The notes beneath the pieces were generated by a model, which was not told where the DNA came from, searched no databases, and saw only the letters and a list, made by a program, of their open reading frames with translations. From assembly GCA_002633005.1 (NCBI GenBank), contig NMRA01000271.1:451588-515587 (forward strand): a stretch of 64,000 nucleotides of DNA. Reading direction: 5' to 3'. Positions 49,792 through 60,699 of this stretch are shown here, in pieces. The stretch comes from Phoronis australis. Its lineage: Eukaryota > Animalia > Phoronida. How positions within the stretch are numbered: the stretch's first letter is position 1; every line of letters begins with the position of its first letter. Made by a program: the position numbers and the translations under genes.

Positions 49792-51517
49792 TTTGTATGC
49801 GCCCACATACTTATATGAGGACCCATTATGCCGTCATCTCCGTCCGTCCATCCGTCCGTCCGGGCGGCGTCCGTCTGGCGTCCGGCGTCCGCTGCTTTAT
49901 CTCCAAAACCCTTCGACATACGTTCATGAAATTTGGTACATTTCCATTCATAAATGGGACGGCATGAGCGAACTTTCGGACGGAGCCGACTACCGGTGTG
50001 CCCCCTAGTGACAATTTTAGTTTTTTTACGCTTACCTTAGTATCTTCAAAAGTCCTGAACGGATTTTCATGAAATTTGGTATGTAGGCACCTATTGGTAA
50101 GATGACGCTATCCTCCCGTTTTCGGATGGATTTGACATAGTTTGAGCCACCTAGTGGCCATTGTTACTGTTTTCGAGTCTGTTTTTTGCGTCCACCCCTC
50201 TATCAACCAAACCGCTCAAAGGATGATTGTGAAAATCGGCATGTATGTGCTTACTATGAAGAGGACGATTGACGATGATTTTCTGACGATTTTGACTACT
50301 GTGGCGCCTCCTAGTGGCAGTTTTATTGCGCCTATGGCTGTATCTCCTAAACCGTTCGCAGGATCTTTACGAAATTTAGTAAGTATATTCATATGATGTT
50401 AACAACGGACGACGACGAATTTTGGACAGATTCGACTACCGGTGTGCCCCCTAGTTGCAATTTTTTTTGTTACGTTTACCTTTGTATGTCCAAAAGTCCT
50501 TAACGGATTTTCATGAAATTTAATATGTAGACACCTATTAGTGAGGTGACGCTATCCTCCCGTTTTCGGATGGATTCGACGTAGCCATTTTTACTGTTTT
50601 CGAGTCGTTTTTTTTGCGTTCACCCCTCTATCAACCAAACCGTTCAAAGGATGATTGTAAAAATTGGCAGGTATGTGCTTACTATAAAGAGTACGGTTGA
50701 GGATGATTTTCCGACGATTTTGACTACTGTGGCGCCTCCTAGTGTCAGTTTTTTGTTACGCCTATGGCTGTATCTCCTAAACCGTTCGCAGGATCTTTAC
50801 TTAATTTAGCAAGTGTATTTATATGATGTTGACTACGGATGACGACGACTTTCGGACAGATCTGACTACTGCTGTGCCACCTAGTGGCAGTTTTAGTTTT
50901 TTTAACGTTTAACTCAGTATCTTTAAAGGTCCTCAACAGATTTTCATAAAATTCTAAATATAGGCATCTATTACTGTGATGACGCTATCTTCCTGTTTTT
51001 TTTGGGTGGAATCGAGGTATTTTGCACCACCTAGTGGGCATTTTTGCTGTTTTCAAATCTTGTTTTTGGTGCCCACCCTGTATCAACCAAATCATTTGAA
51101 AATTGGCATATATGTTCTCAGTGTGAAGACGACCTTTGATGATGGTGACTGACTACTGTTGCGCCTCCCAGTGGTATTTTTGTTTTGCGCCCATAGTTGT
51201 ATCTCCTAAACCCACTGCAGGATCTTTACTAAATTTAGTAAGTATATTTATATGAAGATAACGACAGACGACGACTTTCAGGCGGATCCAACGGACTCTG
51301 TGCCCACTAGTGGCAATTTCATTTTATTTTGTCTTCCTTTGTTTCTCTGACGTTCCTTGACAGATTTTTATGAAATATGGCATTTTCCTGTTTTTGGATG
51401 GATTGTATGTTTTTGCGCCATCTAGGCGTTTTTTATGATACAAATAAATAACCCTAAAAGCACACCATTTGCAATGCATTTGTGGGCCCATTTCAACGCT
51501 CTGCGTGGCTCTTGTTG
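49792..51517 (+). mobile_element. Best-preserved HINE with higher-order repeats of about 430-445 bp (3 x about 150 bp)
   Basis: 5' ATGCGCCCAC, (GTCC)n-like microsatellite at 49840-49890, units starting near 49989, 50434, 50863 and 51293, 3' GTGGGCCCAT plus a stem-loop and cttgtt. Confidence 0.8.
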
Positions 51518-52615
51518 CGAATTTGGGAGATGACTTCAAAGAATTGAAATGCGCTCTTCAAGAAGCTAAATAGGAATATTGCTTTCCAAAGACGTTAAAT
51601 TAAGATTTTGCAGGTTCTTGTGGGAGAGGACAAATCGTTGCCCATAACATCCCCTGAAGCCTGTAGTCTTAACTTGACGCCCTCGCGTTGGAGGGGTAAT
51701 CATCTATGTAGAATCTAGACATGGTGTTTACCTTAAATGCCCTCTATACTATAACCATTAGCTAATTTAATATGTTAACATTTGGTTACAATCTTGCTCA
51801 AAATGGCCACTAGAAGGCGCTGTTGCGTATTACGCTGTCGAAGGCAAGCAGTGCAGTAACAAAAATGATTTATTTTTATCTCACGTTGACATTCAACTTA
51901 TTCACATGTTTGGTAGAGCTAAATGGCCTATAATGAAGAATTTTTTGAATATTCCCAGCTGCCATAGTGATATGTAAGATCACGCTTGTCGTGTGGTTTA
52001 AGTGGGGCTCAGGTAAACTAAGCTGTTATCAAGTCTGTTTAGGCTGGGGTAATGATATGAGTTAGTGAGAAAAGAACTGTCACCTCTATTACTTTAACAC
52101 GTTCTTGTAGATGTGTCGTTGCGTTGCAATTTCAGTAATCGAAAAACGTGCATACTTTGAATCAAGTATTTTTGAACAGCGTCATTTTATAATTTATCGG
52201 TAATGACATTCTTTCTAACGGCTTATCCTTGCTTATTTCATCTCTGACAGTAATAGGACAATGTTTTTTCTTCAGAGATTGCATCCAACTTCGCTTTATA
52301 CGTTCCATTGGAAATACAGTTTGAGAAATCCTGCCAGATAAAAGGTGATTAATTTCATTATTTTGAGGTTGTGTCAAGTGAAAAACACCTGTCCTCCGTA
52401 AACGGTTGAACTAAGTTACCATCTGAACTCGCCGTTCAATACCAACTTCTTTATGCCTCACTGCTAAATATTTTCTCTTGGCTGGTAGATTTAAAGTGTA
52501 TGAAACATGACATTGTAAGTAAAACGTTGTTGAGCATAAGGGAGAATTCTCCAAGGTCTCATTTTGATTGAACTTTTTAAAATTTTATTCTTAATGTCAT
52601 CTCCGCTCTGTTTAG

Positions 52616-52801
52616 TGTACCTCAACAAGGATGTTGATCAACAGCGAGTGACTAGTGACATAGATCTATCTGTCACTGTCAATGGTCGCCCAGTTCCATT
52701 CATTGTTAAGAGTGGCCAGTTTCCTCTGTCCTTCGAATTCTGTCCTCTATCAGCTGATGATCACGTGGTCTGTGTTAAATTCAGAGGCTACGACGTCCAA
52801 G
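52616..52801 (+). CDS. Isolated exon encoding a filamin-like repeat (V)YLNKD...SVTVNGRPVPF...FEFCPLSADDHVVCVKFRGYDVQG
   Basis: Acceptor ctctgtttag, donor G|gttagt, phase 1-1. The F.P....H.V.VKF.G..V.G pattern is that of filamin repeats. Confidence 0.7.
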
Positions 52802-55800
52802 GTTAGTTCGCTGCTGGAGTTCTCTAATGTGTGTGAAATGTGATTTGAAGTGCTTGAGAAGTGGTTTCTGTGCTTGCAAAGAACTGAAATGTTGTTAGTT
52901 CTTGAGACTATGCTCAGCCCATAAAAACGCACCATGGTAATTTAACTTGTAGAGCCTGTTCACTAGCACTAATGAACTGTGAGCTCATTTGAAGCCCTGA
53001 AGTCACCTCAAATTTGATCTAAGAACAATTTGGGTGCAATTTCATACCTGTAAGTGGTCTAGCTAGATAAAGAGTAGGTATTTGTTGTAGAATGTGGCTT
53101 GATATCATTTTAAAAGCAATATAAGAAATTAGTGAACATTTCCCGTGCACAATTCCCTTATATTTGCGCATGCAAGCCTGCAAAACAATTTTGTAAGTAT
53201 CCCTCGGGGGCTTTTCTAAGCCTTGCTTGTAAAAGGGCTCACTAGAAAGGTCGCATATTAAACTTCCAACGGCAGTCTGAAAAACGGTCGCATCGGATAA
53301 CTTTCGGGAGATTGTTGGGAGCGTTAGTCGAGTCTTGACATCAAAAATCCCCTATGGCTAGTTCTAAATAATCCAATAGCAGTTGCCCAATCATGCCAGG
53401 TATCAGGATAGAAGTCAATTAGTGGGATCTTCCTAGCATTGCTTGATGTGTGACCAAAGCATTAGAGAGAGCTCTTTAAATATAAAATCTTGGGTACAAA
53501 GACTCCATTTGTATCATTTGGGTGACTTAAGTGATAGGTGCAAGGCCTATAACATCGGCGGCGCAGCACTGAAAAAAGTGGAGGCTATAGCCCCCAGCCC
53601 TCCTGTCGTGCATTGCCCATTGACCGTGGGCGGCGCAGCACTGAAAAAAGTGGGGCTATAGCCCCCAGCCCCCTATGGTGCACCGCCCGTGTATAAATCA
53701 AATAGTTACACCCAAGGTTTGAATGTGTGGACCGTCATTTTACCCCTCCCTTCCAAAGCACCGAGAACCTTCCCTAATTTAACCAGCCAGACTAAATGTC
53801 CTGACGAATGCTGACGTCGCATGAGCGGCAGATGTATACCACCAGGAAGAGATAACCAGGAAGGGACAACTAGCTAAACCGCCGTTTTTGGTCTCTTTCC
53901 CCGGACTAATATCAGGAGTTAAGTTTCATTTAAAGGAAAACAGATGATTTCATCAGAGAGAATAAAGCTTTTTCTATAGAAAGATGTCAAAAAAACTCAC
54001 TTTTCAACTTTGAACAGCGGTGTAATTGTACTTTGAAAATATCAAGTTCAGCGCACGCAATCGCAATTTCCCACACGCAGTCACGGGTATTTAAGCTTTT
54101 CCGTCGATGTATAGATGGCGCAGTAATCAAGTCCTCCCTCATTAGCATATCAAATTTGCATGCTGTAAATGGGAGTTTTCGAGATTCTCGTCAGTTGTTA
54201 CATCGAAATGTCATATAGTTATAACGGGAGTTTGTGACAAAAGAATTTCATTGTGACGGATTTTATCCAGCAAGAATACTTCTGTGGGACACGTTTGTCT
54301 CGGCTCCGTTAATGAAGTAATGTTTGAGGAGTTGTCCGGCTTCTTCCATGAACTAAAGCGGAATATTGCGGATCGAATCGCCAGGAAACAGGTGGCGAAG
54401 AGCGTGGACGACGGACGTAGTGTTCCGCGCACTGAGTGAGGTCATGCTCTGCGCGAAAGTTCACAGAAAATTTATTCGGCCATATCATATGGTGCTACCA
54501 CAATTGGACTTGAGGAGTAAACATGACACTGACATGCAACGCAGTGCAGTGTGCAATTCTACTTTTTGTATATGCACCACGAGTCCTCTGGCTTCGTCAC
54601 CGTATCCTCTGCTAGTACAGCAGCCACTACCTGGAGTACCAGCACTGAAAGCACCAGTGTCGCAAGTAGACGGAATCTTTTTCCCGGCCCCAGTTTAATA
54701 AGTCGTACCTCTGGACTCCCACCCCAGCCTTACCTGATCGGGGTTTACACTTACTGGCAGGTGGTTGTATTAGAGAGATGTTCCGTACATACAAGAAGAA
54801 CAGGGGTGATGCATCATACAATCAGAAAAGAAAAATTCTGGCTGCTGTGACCATTTCTGCAGATGTCAAAAAGAAGTAAGTTTTATTTTGATTTCCTGGG
54901 AATAAAGTGATGAGATTGGGAGTTTTGAAATTATTCTTGTCCTTCGTTTTGTATCAATGGTCACATTACTGTGTCTAATTCTCATCAATTCATGTTATTG
55001 TCAAAACTGAATTGTTGCAAACTTTCCTCAGTTCACTCTAATGACCCTCATTGCAAAGCAGGTGACTTTCTCAGTGATTGAAAGCAAAACTATGTCCATG
55101 GTTAGTTTCCAATAAAACAGTATGCGAATCATAGGTTTCTTTTAATTTCGGGACAAGCTGAACATAGACTATTTTAAAGATGCCAAGTCTCATTAAAACC
55201 ATGAAGATTTGAATTTTAGCAACCGCCACCTAATGACTTCATGGAGAAATGTGTGCACAGAAAATGAAACATTTGTTAAACAATTTAAAATAGTAAAACT
55301 AAAACAACAAGCGTCAGTACTAAAATATATTTAAATATTCTATATTTCGAGCAATGCGCTCTTTGTCAAGGGTGTGCTACAGACTGCTGAGTATATGTAG
55401 ATGGATTTAAAATAAAATGGCACAGGAGACCACATAGCGACATACAATTGACAATTTGCTGTTTTAAAGAAAACACTGCAACTGAAAGCTTAAAAACAAA
55501 TGTGAACATACAAAAACCCCAATAATTTCAAATATAATGCAGTTGTTATTTGATAGTGAAATATTCAAGTATTAAAAACTGTTCCTTGTTTCATTTGGGC
55601 AACAATGAAATTTGCATGAAAATAGTCTCGCAAAACGAGACTTTTGTGATATTGTAATGGTAACTGGTTCTGGGATGGTTTCCGGTACATGGGAAGACCC
55701 AGGGTAGTTTGTAAATTAGTACTTCATTTGCATTCCCAATTTAATGAGACGATGTATCTTTAAAGTATGTAGTTCGACTTGTTTGTACCAAAATGCAACT

Positions 55801-57122
55801 TGACGTGCAACTTTTCTTTGAATTGCAAGTACTAAGTACGAAAATAGACAAAGGATATGTACAAAACACCCATTTAAGTGCATGACTTGACTTTAAGTGA
55901 AGCATGCTTGCACATGAGTATGCCTTCAGGATGAAAGGACCTGAAAGAATGTTTTTATTGAAAAAGTACAATGTTCTCAATGGATGAACTTTCAGTTTTA
56001 GTTGTACAGTACTAGTTCAGTGTTGTTCTTGTGATTTCCTAACTTCTGTTTTTCTTGGCATCCTTCTTCCAGTACAGCAGAAGTGCAGAGATTGAGGTAA
56101 TTTACTGTACCTACACCATTCCTTCTTGCCATTTCTGAGCAAGCTGGATAGTTCCATACGACAAGAGTTCATTGGTAACCATAGACACAAAATTGTAAAG
56201 GTGATCATATGACAGTTTTAAAATAAGAGATTAAATCATGCCGCAATTCAACGTTTCCCTGCCTCCTCTAGATTATGTGAGACTAGGTGGTAAAAGAGTG
56301 AACATATACATTCACTAGAATATCAAGCCTGTCACAGTAGTGCTTGATTTAGGAATGAGATTTAAAGTTTTGGGGTTTCCAAGAAATGCTAGATTTCGGG
56401 ATGACCTGTTATGTTCACTAGTCCTGCTTGTGGGTCCAAATCGTGTTGCCGATACATCATCACTAAACATTCTAATTGTGTGCCTCTAGATACCCTCTCT
56501 CACTTTAAATTTTGCCATGTTTCCCATTGCAGATTAGACAATCCAAGGTAAAAGATGATATAGAGTACATGTGATTGGCCACTTTGTAAGAACAATTCTT
56601 GTCGTAAATATACCAATGCACATATTGGTGGTTTCCTCAGAGGAGAGGCAGGAAGAAGCTTTGAAAGCAGAAGTATGCGAACAAAAGGCGACGTGGGTGT
56701 GCGTGATAAACTTTATCGTCAGGTAGCAGTTTATAAAACGTGAATTAAATTGACGTGTATCATATCATTTGCTCAAATTGTCCAAATAATTTTCTGTGGT
56801 CTGTTTCTAAATTTGTGTAGCAATTGTCCTTGTAAAGTTGTACAGCACAATAGAATACACATGTACTTGAGTTATCGTTGTTGCATTTTCCAGATCTATG
56901 AACGTCACAACCATTACGATATCAAATTAACTTAGCTAATGTTAAACAACAAAATCAGTCAACATAATGCAAAGTGCACCGCATATTTGCACACAGAGAG
57001 GTGCTATTCGAACCAAAAATGGCGCTAGTGAAATACTTGTAGCAGTCTTATCATATTCAGAGCACTGGTAGGCATGTTACTACTGTGACTATGTCATGTG
57101 AATTAGTACATTGTTGTGTCCC

Positions 57123-57392
57123 TCAGTCCTTCTTTTGCTTTTTCCTGAGTGGAATCTCATGGGTTGCAACAATACCCCTGACCTCTCTCTGCAGTTTGTT
57201 TGTCAGTACGGCATGTGGAAAATTTACTGATGTCAGCTTTCTACTTGATATACACTTGTATTGGCTATAAAAAGTTTCAACAGCACTACCCTTTAACTGC
57301 AGTGGAGAAATGTAGTACCCTGGATGTCTGGTGTGAAAATCCTTGCACAAGACTTTGAACGAGAATACACAAATTTGTAGAAGATTGTATGT
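57123..57392 (-). pseudogene. Last exon of a DDE-transposase-like gene (P-element-related by inference)
   Basis: Acceptor gtttcctttcag then TYNLLQICVFSFKVLCKDFHTRHPGYYISPLQLKGSAVETFYSQYK. The SAVE.FS segment resembles the catalytic Glu region of P-type transposases. Confidence 0.5.
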
Positions 57393-60300
57393 CTGAAAGG
57401 AAACAATGAAAACACACTTAAATTTGCTGTTGCATTATGCAACTTCCAGCAGCGTCCTCAAACTGGACTTAACACAGGCTGAAGTGTGCATAACTTCCCG
57501 ATGCTTTACATATGAAGCAGTAATTGTTGCTATCAACTGGAATTCAAAAAAGGCAAGGTTGCCTGTACGTAATTTAAGGTAAAACGGTAGCTTGTACATT
57601 AGCAGTTTTCACTTGTAGAATGATTTTTGTTTTCTGAGGTCATGTATATCTGAATTTGTGAGTAATGCCTTATCTCTGTGATTGCTAGGCCAAATTAATG
57701 AGAAACGTGCATATGAAGGTGGTTGAAAATTGTCTTATGTTTTTAAGAACAAGTTTTGTAGCGAAAATGATCCTCCATATTCAGTAAGTATCGTGATGTG
57801 CTATTTGAACCCGCGAGGTATGTCATTAGTGCAAAAGGTCGCCTATTTGCAGATTTTTTTGTTTTCACATTTACCAGGTGTCAGTGAATACAGCTGCACT
57901 TTGTTGATATTCAAAAGGCATTGTTGTTTAGTTCCTGTAATACATTAGCGCAATTAGGAGGATGCAGTTACATCTTTAAGAGGTTTAAGAAAAGTTTGCA
58001 ACCAGGATACTCGTCAAAAGAAATGAGCACTAGTGTGCCTCCATGAATCCTTTTCAATAAGCCACTCATTACTTATAATTTTAAGTTTTGAAGTATACCA
58101 TGACTGGAATAAAGTGACTCGTTTCAAAACCTGACTCAAAGGGGTGCTTGAAGTCAATACCAGAGAGGCTTACAGAATGAATACCTAAAGAATACCCACT
58201 GAAGAAACAGTCATTTATTTCTTATTCAAAGCAAAGGTATCCAAACAGTAATCGAATTTTGAAAAATAAACCTGTCAATACAAAACTTAGAGAAAACCAT
58301 ATCCTATCAATTCAGCCCCAAACTCGACAAAAACCTTTCCCAATTCGATGCCAAAATTGGTGAAAATCACCCTTTTAATCGGCACGTCACCCACCCACAT
58401 CATGGAATCTCATTCAGATACTGAATGGCCCGTGTTCTAAACACCAAATTTTGTAAGAAGCCTTTGGTTCTCAAATCATATTATACTATAATAACAAAAT
58501 AGATACCAGTATAGACCTAATTCAATAAGCACATTATTTAATATGATTATGTGTGTTGTATTTCCATTTCCGTTTTGGGTTACAAAATGAGTCCTTGTTT
58601 TTAAAGTGACTTGAAAAAGATATTTCAGAGTCGAGCGCTAGTGGATAAACCGGTGACCTGCCGCTGAGAGCACTCGCTGATTTTAAAAGATACCACAGCG
58701 AACAATCATCGCTTCGCAATCAGGAGGTAAAAACACTCCCATGACCGCAGTTCTAAATTCCAGCTAAGCAAGCCCTATTTCGAGGGGCGGACTTTGAATT
58801 GATTTGACACCATGACAGTGGGTTGCAGAGAAGTTTAGAACGAGGTCAACATAGAACTTTCTAAGGCTAGCTGTCGTGTTGACAAAAGTTTGAAGTGTCA
58901 GAATCATAGACTGAGCGCGCGAGAGGTCTATGATTCCTGTTCTATAATTCAGTTGACGAAAAAATTGCTGTCGGCATAAAGAACGACCGTGGGAAATTCA
59001 TTTTCACCCCGGCCAACCCGCGATCGACAACGCCCGGAAGGCGATCGAGAACGACACCTTACACCAAAAATGGCAGACGACAGTGAAGTACCCGGTGAGT
59101 TTAAGTGTCATTTTCTTCTTAAATAGAGGCTACTTTGGTACCAATGCGACACACCGAAAAGCGTCAGAGCTTAGCCTTTGTTGTGGACCTGAAATAATAC
59201 TTGGCTTTTGCTATTTTTTGAAATAGAGACCGCAGAATGCAATGGCTTTCAGTAAAATGACTTGCGTCTCGTAAATTCGTCAATTTCTACTTGTTATTAG
59301 CAATTCTTGGGTTCTTCAGTGGACACGTGTGACGTTTATAGTTAAATCGTCCCTGCTGACACCTTTGTTAGTTATAATTTGTGAAACAATTCGAGCTATC
59401 TACCGATACAAGCAGGTCCTTGTGTGAGACGGCGATCGGGAACGAAGCTGTTAATTCTCCATGGCGATCGTGAACGCACATTTTTTTCTGTACATTTTCC
59501 TGAATAATTGTTCAAGTTACGGTGTAATATCAATAATTTTAGAATAATACGACCATGAATTAGTTGACAGGTCAATTGTTTGTTATACTTTCACCGTTTT
59601 TTTATGATTTCTCTGTGAGATTTAGCCTCACAAATATGATTAATTTGATTTTTCAGTTGAACTGTAGCCGCATGAGAAGTCCTTCAGAGTGTTAACATAC
59701 ATGCCTTCAAAAAAGAGTACCGGTAGCACAACTGCTGCATGTGACAAAGGGCTGTGTATGCATATATGTTGTGAAGCTTCGTTCAGGAAGAAACCTTTTT
59801 TGTATAACCACATGACAATAAAACACAGTGGCACTCACTAGCTGCAAACAAGACCTTTACCAGCCCCCTGTTGCATGGGGCAAGATTTTTTTTACCGCAT
59901 AAGAAAACACAATATGAAGCATAGTGCTCAGAAATCAAGTTGTTTCAGTGCCCTATCTGTGATCAATGTTTCACAGAAAGAGTAAGCCTGACTCACTCCT
60001 TGTTGTTGTGAATGTGTCATGCAAGAGAATCAGAATCACCATGGATAAAATAATTCAGTCCAGTAGTGAAAGTTGTTAAGTCACGAAACTTTATTCAGAT
60101 ATACAGAGTTTATGGTTGGTAGTTGTCTGATGTGATAGTATTTTGACGTTTGGTTTGAACCTTTTTCCTATTTGTGTTATTTCAGCAGCATCTTTAACAG
60201 AACCAGTGCATTTTTGTTGTGTTTGGGTACATTTAAATGGCCACTCTATGTGTCATTGGGTGATTCTTACATACAATTGTTATAACCAATTAGTATTTTA

Positions 60301-60699
60301 AAAGAAAACTATATGTCTGCCATAACTGTAGAAACTATTTTCATATTGTTGTTGTTTCCCTGTGAGAGAATTTTATACTATGAACCTGTCCGAAATAGAT
60401 TGTCTATGATTCAGTGATGATTTAGTCTAATACACTCCAAAAATAATTCGCAGGAAATGTACTCTGAATGTGTTATGTTGATTTCCCTAAAGCATTGTTT
60501 TATATCTTTTTTCTGTATGACCAATTTTGAGGAATGTGTGATAAAAGATTAATAATATTATAGAATTGCTTTAATATTGTTGTTGATTTCCTGTGTAATC
60601 ACTACATTATTTCTTGAAGTGATGTTAAAGACAACATTTTAACTACATTTTTGAGAAAATCACAATATAGTAGGTGTATTATATCTTGCCTCACTCTTT

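Noticed and set aside
49980-51430. Regularly spaced short conserved motif resembling a CRISPR array
   Set aside because: The spacers are homologous to each other (a higher-order tandem repeat), the context is eukaryotic and there are no cas genes.
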